Source of the DNA: Vulcanimicrobiota bacterium
GTDB taxonomy: Bacteria > Vulcanimicrobiota > Vulcanimicrobiia > Vulcanimicrobiales > Vulcanimicrobiaceae
Length of the DNA stretch: 64,000 nt
Reading direction: 5' to 3'
Assembly (NCBI GenBank): GCA_963723485.1
Contig: CAVRQS010000003.1
Coordinates: forward strand, 376,371-440,370
The stretch's first letter is position 1. Every line of letters starts with the position of its first letter. Below the pieces are notes generated by a model. That model saw nothing but the letters and a program-made list of their open reading frames with translations, had not been told where the DNA came from and did no database searches. A program made the translations under genes and the position numbers. Of the stretch, positions 48,001-56,677 are shown one piece after another.

Positions 48001-49068
48001 GGCGAAGGCAACTCAAAGTGGCCTGCTGGATCGCGGCGTTCGCCCTCGGCGCGGCAGCCATTGCCCCGCCGCTCGACCGACTCGCCGATCGTTCCTTTAC
48101 CTGGCATATGCTGCAGCATCTCGTGCTGCTGTACTGTCTTCCGCTGCTCGTGCTTCTCGCGCGGCCCTTCGACACGTTCGCCGCTCTCGCAGGGAAGAGC
48201 GCGACGGCGCGGCTCGTGCGCGCGACGCGTCCACTGCACGTTCTCGCGTCGCCTCCTGTGGCTCTCGGTGTCTTCGTTGCTGCGATGTGGCTGACGCACT
48301 ACTCCGGTCTCTACGAGCGATCGCTCGAGAGCGCGCCCGTGCACGCCGCCGAGCATCTCGTCTATCTCCTGGCCGGCACGCTGTTCTGGCTGCCGGTGCT
48401 CGCGCCGCCGCCGTTGCGTCCCTGGAGCTTCCCGGCGCGACTGCTGTACCTCGTGCTGGCGCTGCCCCAGGGGGCGCTGCTCGGCATGGCCCTGGGCAGC
48501 GCGCGCGAGCCGCTCTATCCGCACTACGTAGCGCTGGAGGGCTCGATCTCCGCGGCGCTGCGCGACCAACACGCCGCCGCCGCGCTCATGTGGATCGCCG
48601 GCGGCATGATCGTGTTCGCGGCGCTGTTGATTGTGCTGGGCGCGTGGGCGCGCCGCGAATCGATCACCGCCGTCGCACCCCCGCTCGCGATCCTGTTGTG
48701 CGCGATCGTGCTGCGCGGCGCGGTCGCGGCGCCGCCGGCCCCTGCTGCGCCGGCATACACAGAGGAGCAGGCCGTCAAGGGACAGATTCTATTCTACGAA
48801 AACTGCGCCGAGTGTCACGGCGCCAGCCTCGAAGGCAATTTCGGCCCGGCGCTCGCCGGATCGAATGTCGAACGTGCAGTGGGAGACGGTGAGCTATGTC
48901 TGGACCTACATGACCGCGCACATGCCCGCGGGGAATGCCGGCGGCCTGCGGCCGGAGGAGTACCTCGAGATCATGGCGTTCCTCTTGAAGACGCACGGGC
49001 ATGCGCCCGGCACGGCGGGCTTGTCGCCGCAGGCCGCGGCCGGCTCGAAAGCGTTCATGGGGCCGTGA
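47997..49068 (+). pseudogene. ctaG: caa3-type CtaG assembly factor fused to a C-terminal cytochrome c domain, with the frame broken by a 7-nt tandem duplication
   Basis: GTG at 47997 overlaps the qcrB stop (GTGA). It has 7 helices with the motifs FTWHMLQHLVLL and HAAEHLVYLLAG, followed by YENCAECHG...GPALAGS. The cytochrome c domain continues only in the +1 frame (NVQWETVSYVWTYMTAHMPAGNAGGL...) up to the TGA at 49066-49068. The duplicated heptamers are tcgaatg and tcgaacg at 48861-48874. Confidence 0.7.
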
Positions 49069-50756
49069 AGCCCGCAATCTGCATCGCCGTTCTCGCCGCC
49101 GTCGCCGCGTGTGCCGGCAATTTCGGTTCGCCCTCGTGGCAGCCGGTCACCGACGCACGGCTGCGCGACGCCGCCTCGGACGACGGATGGTTGATGTACC
49201 TGCGCACGTACGACGCCCATGCGTTCGTGCCGTTCGACCAAATCAACGCGCGCAACGTCGCCCGGCTGCACGTCGCGTTCAGGCGTACGTTCTCGATACC
49301 GGAGGGTTATGAGGCTCCGCCGATCGTCAACGGCCGCACAATGATCGTGACGACTCCGATGGATCGGGTATACGCGCTCGACGCGGTGACGGGGAGACCG
49401 CTTTGGGAGTACTCCCGAGACATTCCGAAGGTCGCGCTGCGCACGGTCTGCTGCGACATGGTCAATCGCGGCGTCGCACTTTACGGGAACGATGCGTACC
49501 TGGCGACGCTGGACGCGCACGTCGTGGCCCTCGACGCGCGCAGCGGAAAGGTCGATTGGGATCGCGCGGTCGCCCAGCCCGGCATCGGCTATGCGATGAC
49601 CGCCGCGCCGCTCGCGGTGCGCGGCAACATCGTCGTGGGCGTATCCTGCGGCGAGTACGGCGCGCGCGGTTTTCTGGAGTCGCTCGACGCCAAAACGGGC
49701 GCCCAGCGGTGGCGCTTCTACACCGTTCCGGCACCGGGACAGCCCGGCGGAGAAACCTGGCCGGGCCTGACCTACCGCCACGGCGGAGCATGCCCGTGGA
49801 TGACACCGAGCTACGACGCGGCGACCAACACGATCTTCGCGGGAACGAGCAATCCATCTCCGTGGCTGTGGCTCGAACATCCCGGGCGGAACCTCTACAG
49901 CGACTCGATCCTCGCGCTCGACGCCGACAGCGGTAGATTAAAGTGGTATTTCCAGCAGACGCCCAACGACCCGTGGGACTACGACGCGACCGCGACACCG
50001 CTGCTCGCGACGCTTAGGCTCGGCGGTAAGCCGCGGCAAGTGCTCTTCCAAGCCGCGCGCAACGGCTGGCTCTACCTGATCGATCGCACGAACGGATCGC
50101 TCATCTACATGAAGCGTTACACGATGGCGACATCCGTTACCGGATACGACCGCGCTCGCGGAATCGGTACCGTCAACGCCTCGCTGCGCCCGCAGATCGG
50201 CCAGACCATTTTCACCTGCCCCGCATTCTTCGGAGCCGACAACTGGTGGGCGTTTGCGCTCGATCCTGCAGCGCATGACGTGTTCGTTCCAACGATGCGC
50301 ACGTGCATGAAGCTGAGCGGCCAGAAGCCGGCGAAGGTATTCCACCCGGGCGCGGCAGCGCTGGACGAGGGCTTCGCAGTCATGCCGATGCCGGGCGCGT
50401 ACGGTTGGGGCGCGCTGCAGGCATTCGATCTGCGCAGCGGCGTGCGCGTGTGGACTAAGGAAACGAAGTATCCGTGGACGGACGGCACCCTGTCGACCGG
50501 CGGCCGCCTCGTCTTCAGCGGAACGCCTGACCGCAAGTTCTACGCGCTCGACTCCAGAACCGGGAAGGTACTCTGGACGTTCTACGGCCATTCCGGGTTC
50601 GTAGGTCAGCCGGTCAGCTATCGTGTCGACGGCAAACAGTACGTGGCCGTGCAGAGCGGATATGGCGGCGTCACGCCGTTTTGGGGCGGCAAGAAGGTTG
50701 CGCCCATGTTCCGCCACATCCCGCTCGGCGGCACGCTCTACGTGTTCACCCTTTGA
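49065..50756 (+). CDS. PQQ-dependent alcohol/methanol dehydrogenase family lipoprotein (lanthanide-type D-Y-D signature)
   Basis: GTG at 49065 overlaps the frame-B stop of the upstream gene (GTGA). Lipobox AAVAAC. Vicinal Cys pair TVCCDMVNRG (49449-49454). Motifs GEYGARG, GTSNPSPW and TPNDPWDYD (D-Y-D at 49977-49985). Propeller W-motifs run throughout. Confidence 0.88.
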   Translation: MKPAICIAVLAAVAACAGNFGSPSWQPVTDARLRDAASDDGWLMYLRTYDAHAFVPFDQINARNVARLHVAFRRTFSIPEGYEAPPIVNGRTMIVTTPMDRVYALDAVTGRPLWEYSRDIPKVALRTVCCDMVNRGVALYGNDAYLATLDAHVVALDARSGKVDWDRAVAQPGIGYAMTAAPLAVRGNIVVGVSCGEYGARGFLESLDAKTGAQRWRFYTVPAPGQPGGETWPGLTYRHGGACPWMTPSYDAATNTIFAGTSNPSPWLWLEHPGRNLYSDSILALDADSGRLKWYFQQTPNDPWDYDATATPLLATLRLGGKPRQVLFQAARNGWLYLIDRTNGSLIYMKRYTMATSVTGYDRARGIGTVNASLRPQIGQTIFTCPAFFGADNWWAFALDPAAHDVFVPTMRTCMKLSGQKPAKVFHPGAAALDEGFAVMPMPGAYGWGALQAFDLRSGVRVWTKETKYPWTDGTLSTGGRLVFSGTPDRKFYALDSRTGKVLWTFYGHSGFVGQPVSYRVDGKQYVAVQSGYGGVTPFWGGKKVAPMFRHIPLGGTLYVFTL

Positions 50757-53167
50757 AGCTCGATCACCGAGAATCCCAACGCGTCGATGTCGACCGCGAA
50801 GCCACGCTGGAGTTCGTGGCCCGCTACGTCCTCGTGGCGTACCCACTCACCTAGCATGCTCGTAAAGTAGCGCACGTGATAGCGCCCCCGCATCGGGCGC
50901 GTGAAGCGCAGCGGCGTCGTGACCGTGCGTTGCGCGGTATTGCCCATCAGGATGACGAGATCGGGCCCACGACGCAGGGCGATCTCGGTCACGTCCTCGC
51001 CGACGCGCAGCAGGGGCGTCACGTCGTGCTCGTAGACCTTATGTGCGTACTCCGTCGAAAACTCGAAATTCGCATAGAGGGTCGGCTCGGGCAGTCGCGC
51101 GATGAACCAGCTCAAGCACGCCCCTCGCACGTGCAGATTGCGCACGCCGAGCCACTTCCAGTGCGGCGCCAACCGCGGATTGCACGACGGCCTATGGCCG
51201 CGCATATCCAACCCGGCCGCGCCCTCGATCGCCGCCCACACGTAGCGCGGCGGATACCAGGGCGAGAGCATCATGCCCTGATTGGTTAGCGTCTCGCCGT
51301 GCAGCCACTCGGAAAACTGGCCCGGCACCGTGTTGTTGCGGCCGGGATCGCGGGAGTAGTGTTGGAAGCTCGCACCCAGCGCGTGGGCCATGAACGCGGG
51401 ATTGAAGCGCGCGGCCGCCAGCGCGAAGACGAAGTTCATGCCGACCCAGACACCGCCGAGCAGCCCCCAGCTACGCGTGGGACTATACTCGAGGTCATCG
51501 CGCGGCACCGTCCGAATGCCCGCGTCGGTCCAAAACGGAGGAACGCTGAGCCGGCTGATGATGCGAGCCGCCGTGTCGTGATCGGCGATTCCGAGAAAAA
51601 CCGGAAAGAGCATGTCGGACGTCACGTTCGACCGCGGCGTGCCGTCCACGTCGATGTTCAGGTAGTACAGGCCGGTCTTGGGGTCGAGCAGATGGCGGTT
51701 CATGGCAGCGCGCAGCGTCGCCGCCTCCCGCTCGTAGCGTTGGGCGTCCTTTTTCTTTCCAACCACGAGCGCCATGCCGGCCATCGCCGCGAACGCCGCG
51801 TAGCATTCCGAGTTCACCTCGGTCGAGGCGCCCGATATCCGGTAGTCGTCGATGATGTTACGCCAGCCGACGATACCTTGGACTCCAGTGCCCGTCGACG
51901 TGCACCAGATTAGCCCGCGGTCGTCCCGCTGTGACAGCAGGTAGTCTGCCGAGCGTTTCACAGCGGCGTACGACTCGCGCAGGAAATCCGTATCTCCCGT
52001 GACCAGATAGTGGTGCGCCACCGCCAGGATCATCAGCGGCGTATCGTCGTTGACGTTGAGTCCGTAGTCATTGGACTCGCCGTTGCGGACGTCGTAATAT
52101 TCGACGATCTTGCCGTTGGGCTGGGCGTTTCGCAAATACCAGCGAATCGACTCGCGCGAGAACGCCGGCATGACGTAATCCGATCCCAAGGCGAAGGAGG
52201 CCGTGTCGCATCCCACGCTGTTGTTCGAACGCGTCGGATCGTTCACGAAGCACCAGCCGGTCGGCGCGCACAGCTGTGTGCGCAACATGTCCGCCTTAGC
52301 CCACAGCACGCCCCGATTGACGTTCGTGTCCGGAGTCACGACCACGGCCTCCTCCAACACGTCCTTATAATGCCGGCGCGTCTGCGCGTGGGCGCTCGTG
52401 GCCGGCGGCGCGTTGTGGTAGGCTCGCCGCGCGTCGCGCGCGCCGCGCGCCGATGCGACCATCGTGAACCACACGCGTCTGCGCGAGCGCGGAGCTAGAC
52501 GCAGCCGATGATGAAACAGGGCGATCGGCTCGCTGGCTCCCGCAACGATGCGACCGGACAGCTTACCGACGAAGTGCGAACGATTCATTGCGCCATGGTC
52601 GTCCGTCACTTCGAAACTCGTGGGCGCGCGGGAGCAGCCGATTGCGCGCGCCGCAGAAGGCGCCGAAGCATTCCACGCGACAACCGCGGCGGCCTCGCGG
52701 TCGTACACGGCGCGTACGTCGCGCTCCGTACTACCGCGTAAGAGGGCGCCGGTCATGGCGTCCAGCTCGTGTGTCTCGCTCGAGTCGTTACGGATTTCAA
52801 CCAGGAGGTACGCCGTCAAAGGATCGACGCGATTGCCGACGCTATAGCGGTTGAGCACGAACAGCGTCTCGAGGACCGTGACGTCTTCTTCGATCCGATA
52901 CGCATACTGCTGGCAATCCGGGTAGATCATAAACTTTCCGCCGGCCTTCACGCGTTCCGCTCCGGACGGTCCGTCCCAGAACTGAACCGACACCCCGGCC
53001 ATCACCGTCTCACCGATATCGCTCGCGTAGAGTTTTTCGACCGCACCCGACGCCTTGATGACGATAGACCCTTTGGGGCCGCCCAGCGTGCTGCCCACGG
53101 CGAGCTCCGTATCCTCGATCTCATAGACCGCTATCCGCTCGCCGGAACCGAAGATCCGCGCGCTCAC
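50738..53167 (-). CDS. amylo-alpha-1,6-glucosidase / glycogen-debranching-like (alpha/alpha)6-barrel protein
   Basis: 809 aa. The central and C-terminal region (GLIWCTSTG..GIVGWRN, SECYAAFAAMAG, WGLLGGVWVGMNFVFALA) resembles the GDE_C family. Overlaps the convergent dehydrogenase gene by 19 nt. Confidence 0.7.
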   Translation of the reverse strand: MSARIFGSGERIAVYEIEDTELAVGSTLGGPKGSIVIKASGAVEKLYASDIGETVMAGVSVQFWDGPSGAERVKAGGKFMIYPDCQQYAYRIEEDVTVLETLFVLNRYSVGNRVDPLTAYLLVEIRNDSSETHELDAMTGALLRGSTERDVRAVYDREAAAVVAWNASAPSAARAIGCSRAPTSFEVTDDHGAMNRSHFVGKLSGRIVAGASEPIALFHHRLRLAPRSRRRVWFTMVASARGARDARRAYHNAPPATSAHAQTRRHYKDVLEEAVVVTPDTNVNRGVLWAKADMLRTQLCAPTGWCFVNDPTRSNNSVGCDTASFALGSDYVMPAFSRESIRWYLRNAQPNGKIVEYYDVRNGESNDYGLNVNDDTPLMILAVAHHYLVTGDTDFLRESYAAVKRSADYLLSQRDDRGLIWCTSTGTGVQGIVGWRNIIDDYRISGASTEVNSECYAAFAAMAGMALVVGKKKDAQRYEREAATLRAAMNRHLLDPKTGLYYLNIDVDGTPRSNVTSDMLFPVFLGIADHDTAARIISRLSVPPFWTDAGIRTVPRDDLEYSPTRSWGLLGGVWVGMNFVFALAAARFNPAFMAHALGASFQHYSRDPGRNNTVPGQFSEWLHGETLTNQGMMLSPWYPPRYVWAAIEGAAGLDMRGHRPSCNPRLAPHWKWLGVRNLHVRGACLSWFIARLPEPTLYANFEFSTEYAHKVYEHDVTPLLRVGEDVTEIALRRGPDLVILMGNTAQRTVTTPLRFTRPMRGRYHVRYFTSMLGEWVRHEDVAGHELQRGFAVDIDALGFSVIELQRVNT

Positions 53168-53228
53168 GCTACCGTCGATTGCTTCCGTGAAAGGCGCGCT
53201 CCTTCCACAAGGCCAACACTAGTGCGAC

Positions 53229-54242
53229 GTGCTGATGCTTGGAATCGAAACGTCGTGCGACGACACTGCTGCGGCCGTGGTACGCAACGGTAACAGCGTC
53301 CTATCGAACGTCGCGACGAATCAGGATGCGTTTCACGCCAAGTACGGCGGAATCGTTCCGGAGATCGCGAGCCGCCGCCACGTGGCGCTGCTTTCGGCCG
53401 TCGTCGAAGACGCTCTCGATCGCGCCGGCGTCCGGTACGCCGGCGTCGACGGCATCGCTGTGACGCGCGGGCCCGGGCTGATCGGCAGCCTCGTGGTCGG
53501 CGTCGCAGCGGCAAAAGCGACGGCATTTGCGCTGCGCAAGCCGCTGTATGCCGTAAATCACCTGCACGGACACGTCTTCGCCGCATTCCTCGATCGCGCG
53601 GAAGCGCCGCCTTATCCGTTTTTGGTTTTGCTCGTTTCGGGCGGTCATTCGCAACTCGTGGCGGTGGAGTCGCCCGTGGCGATGCGCATCCTCGGTCGGA
53701 CGCACGATGACGCCGCGGGCGAAGCCTACGACAAGACGGCGCGGCTGCTCGGCCTACCCTATCCGGGCGGGCCGGAGCTCGACTGCCTCGCACGAGGCGG
53801 CAACCCGCGCGCATATGCCTTTCCCCGCCATCGCGCCGCCGGCGACTCGCTGGACCTCTCTTTTTCGGGTCTCAAGACGTCGGTGCGTTACTTTCTCGAA
53901 TCGGAAGCCGGTCGCGATGCGAAGGCGCCCGACATCGCCGCGTCGTTTCAGGCCGCCGTGGTCGACGTCTTGATGGCGCGGGTTGACTCCGCGTTCGAAC
54001 GTGGCCGCTACAACGCCGCGATTCTTTCCGGCGGCGTCGCCGCCAACTCCGCGTTGCAGACGGCGTTTCGGTCGTGGGGCGAGCGCGGCCGCGTTCCGGT
54101 CTTCATTCCGCCGCCGAAATATTGCACTGACAACGCGGCGATGATCGCCGCGGCCGCGTACTACCAGGACGAAGCGGTCCGCATGGATCCGCTATCGCTC
54201 ACCGCCGACCCCAACCTCCCGTTCGAGTTGGGCTCGGGGTGA
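53229..54242 (+). CDS. tsaD: tRNA N6-adenosine threonylcarbamoyltransferase
   Basis: LGIETSCDDTAAAVV, GVDGIAVTRGPGLIGSLVVG, NHLHGH and LLVSGGHS. Start is GTG at 53229 or ATG at 53235. Confidence 0.95.
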   Translation: MLMLGIETSCDDTAAAVVRNGNSVLSNVATNQDAFHAKYGGIVPEIASRRHVALLSAVVEDALDRAGVRYAGVDGIAVTRGPGLIGSLVVGVAAAKATAFALRKPLYAVNHLHGHVFAAFLDRAEAPPYPFLVLLVSGGHSQLVAVESPVAMRILGRTHDDAAGEAYDKTARLLGLPYPGGPELDCLARGGNPRAYAFPRHRAAGDSLDLSFSGLKTSVRYFLESEAGRDAKAPDIAASFQAAVVDVLMARVDSAFERGRYNAAILSGGVAANSALQTAFRSWGERGRVPVFIPPPKYCTDNAAMIAAAAYYQDEAVRMDPLSLTADPNLPFELGSG

Positions 54243-55526
54243 CACTGGGTGATAGAGGTCCGCGCGGGTGGGCGGGAGGTCGACACGGCCGTCTGCGAGC
54301 GGACGCGCCAGCAGCGACTGGTACACGCCGATGCGTCCGATGCGAAAGCCCTGCGCGCTGCCCGCGACGTAGAGCCGCCAGAGGCGATAGCTCTGTTCAC
54401 CCGCGGCCGCGACAGCCGCGTCACGATTGCGTTCGAGATTTTCTACCCACGCGCGCAGCGTCTTCACGTAGTGCTCGCGCAGGCTCTCGACGTCGCGCAC
54501 CTCGAATCCCGCGCGCTCCGCGAACTCGAGCGTGTCCGAGATCGGAACCAGCTCGCCATCGGGAAAGATGAAGTGCCCAAGAAAGCCGCTCGCGCGGCCG
54601 TCGCGTCGCCGGCCGCTTCGATCCGCGATGGCATGATTCAAAAAGAGGCCGCCCGGATTCAGGCCCTCGTATGCGGCGCGAAAGTACTCGGTAAAACGCG
54701 CGCGCCCCACGTGCTCGAACATTCCGATGCTGACGATTTTATCGAAGCGCTCGCCTGCCAGATCGCGGTAGTCGCGCAGCTCCACGCTCGCGCGATCCGT
54801 CAGTCCAGCCTCGATGACGCGCCGCTGCGCCTCTTCACACTGCTTCTCGCTCAACGTTATCCCGAGCGCACGCGCGCCGAAGCGCTGCGCGGCGCGCACG
54901 ACGAGCGCGCCCCATCCGCAGCCGATGTCGAGAAGCCGCTCGCCGGGACGCAGACGCAGCTTATGCAGCGTGTAGTCGAGCTTGGCCGACTGCGCTTCGT
55001 CCAACGATGCTGCGCCGTCCTCCCAGTACGCGCACGAATACACCAGGTCGCGATCGAGGAAGCTGCGGTAGAAGTCGATCGGCTGATCGTAATGGAATCC
55101 GATCGCGGCGCGGTCGCGTGCACGCGAGTGGACTCGCCCACGTAAGCGCGCCTCGCGCATGTCGGCCGGCGCGCTCTTCGGAAGGCGCGCGAGCAGGCGT
55201 AAGAGCTCGATAAATCGCCGTCCACGCGGCGCTCCCGCACGGTAGAAGGCGTCGACCGCGGTCTCGAGGTCGCCGTCAACGTCCAGCAATCCCGCGCCGA
55301 AGGCTCGTCCCGCGGAAAGATCCACCGGAGGGGTGAACGCGGCCCGCAGCGCTCCCGGCGAATTGACACGCAGCGTGAACCGCTCCACATTTGCCGCGCG
55401 CACGCGCGTCCCGTCCCACAGCTCGATGCCGAACTCCCGAACATAGGCGTCCCCGAAGATCGCGCGCAGCACCGCGATGGCGATGCGCGCGTGCGGGTCG
55501 CGCGAGGCGAAGCGCTCAGCGTTCAA
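54192..55526 (-). CDS. cyclopropane-fatty-acyl-phospholipid synthase family methyltransferase
   Basis: HYDQPIDFYRSFLD, SCAYW and the SAM motif LLDIGCGWGALV. The TTG start at 55526 overlaps the upstream gene by 11 nt. The ORF-track start is 55625. Confidence 0.85.
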   Translation of the reverse strand: MNAERFASRDPHARIAIAVLRAIFGDAYVREFGIELWDGTRVRAANVERFTLRVNSPGALRAAFTPPVDLSAGRAFGAGLLDVDGDLETAVDAFYRAGAPRGRRFIELLRLLARLPKSAPADMREARLRGRVHSRARDRAAIGFHYDQPIDFYRSFLDRDLVYSCAYWEDGAASLDEAQSAKLDYTLHKLRLRPGERLLDIGCGWGALVVRAAQRFGARALGITLSEKQCEEAQRRVIEAGLTDRASVELRDYRDLAGERFDKIVSIGMFEHVGRARFTEYFRAAYEGLNPGGLFLNHAIADRSGRRRDGRASGFLGHFIFPDGELVPISDTLEFAERAGFEVRDVESLREHYVKTLRAWVENLERNRDAAVAAAGEQSYRLWRLYVAGSAQGFRIGRIGVYQSLLARPLADGRVDLPPTRADLYHPVSPRAQLEREVGVGGER

Positions 55527-56157
55527 ATGCGACGATCTGATTCGCCTCGCGGTGATTGGTCCAGAAGCGCGCGCCGTCGTAGGCCAGCGCGCGCGCCGCA
55601 AAGGGAATTCGCGCCAAATCTTCACTGTGATTCTCGCCGTCCGCCGACACTTTCGTGAGAAAATACTCCCCGCTATCCTCGTCGTCGGTGGTCACCAGGT
55701 AGAAAGCGCCGTCCGCATAGCACTGCCCGCACACCTGGTGGGGCAGGCCGATCTCGCGGACCACGCTGCCGCGCTCGTCTAGGCCGAGGATGCGCCGATT
55801 GTACCACTGGCTCACGTACAGCCACGTGCCATCGTAGCTCAGCTGCGAGCCGGTGCCGTCGGGGCAGCGGAAGGCGTCCTGCGTCTTGAACCCGTGCCCC
55901 GGTACGAAGCGGCGCACGATACGGTCGTCATCGTCACCCTCCCCGCAGATAACGCGCAGCTCGTCGCCGACGACGGTCATGCCCCACGGCTTTCCTGGGG
56001 CCGTGTCCTCTTCCACAAGCGTCCATTGCCGCGGATCGAGTGCATAGATCCGGTTCGTTTCGATCGAGCCCATCCAAAGTTTCTCACCATCGAAGGCAAT
56101 CGATTGAGGGCGCGGCGCCGGCGAGGGCAGCCGCAGGGCTTCCGTTACATCATGCAC
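55516..56157 (-). CDS. beta-propeller-like hypothetical protein
   Basis: 213 aa with repeated strand-turn motifs (IAFDGEKLWMGS, LSYDGTWLYVSQ, CYADGAFYLVT, LAYDGARFWTN). Function unknown. Confidence 0.55.
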   Translation of the reverse strand: MHDVTEALRLPSPAPRPQSIAFDGEKLWMGSIETNRIYALDPRQWTLVEEDTAPGKPWGMTVVGDELRVICGEGDDDDRIVRRFVPGHGFKTQDAFRCPDGTGSQLSYDGTWLYVSQWYNRRILGLDERGSVVREIGLPHQVCGQCYADGAFYLVTTDDEDSGEYFLTKVSADGENHSEDLARIPFAARALAYDGARFWTNHREANQIVAFER

Positions 56158-56261
56158 AGTGGAGCCCCAGGTTCTTTTCCAAAGGAACGAGGCCTGCGTT
56201 TGCAGGCCTCGCGGCTTCTTGCGTAGGTAAGCTTTTGCTTACGCTGCCATGATGCCCCGAA

Positions 56262-56570
56262 TCAATCCGCATTAAACCACGGCAATCGCGAGAGGCGGCC
56301 GCATGGCGGGTTCCTCCTCTTCGTCCTCCTCGTCGTCGTCGTTGTCCGGCGAGATCCGTTCCAGCGCGCAATATATCTCGCGATACATGCGCCGATCTCG
56401 CGACCTACCTCCTGCCCGCTGCTTGCCGAGGAGTCCCAACTGGACGCTGGGGACGGGCAAACCTCCCTGCGCGCGAGAATACGGCCGTCGATCGTGACGC
56501 CGTCGGCGGCCGCGGCGGGAGCCATCATACGCAGGAGCAGAAGCACCAGCAGAAACCGTGCATGACGCAT
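56262..56570 (-). CDS. possible small secreted protein (frame uncertain)
   Basis: It starts with the signal-like MRHARFLLVLLLLRMMAPAAAADG. The overlapping frame (56272..56580) has the more protein-like 3' half, ending in an acidic run DNDDDEEDEEEEP. A frameshift or miscall is possible. Confidence 0.3.
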   Translation of the reverse strand: MRHARFLLVLLLLRMMAPAAAADGVTIDGRILARREVCPSPASSWDSSASSGQEVGREIGACIARYIARWNGSRRTTTTTRRTKRRNPPCGRLSRLPWFNAD

Positions 56571-56677
56571 GTTTCGACAATGCCGTACGAATCTTATGAA
56601 TGCCTTATGCCGCCGTTAAAGAAGCCCATAAGAACGCGCTTCGTCTTGGGTTCATACGGGCGGCCTACGATGGACGA

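Noticed and set aside
56303-56497. Plus-strand ORF beginning MAGSSSSSSSSSSLSG
   Set aside because: The poly-Ser run is the reverse complement of the acidic (Asp/Glu) run in one of the two overlapping minus-strand frames in this region. There are no supporting signals.
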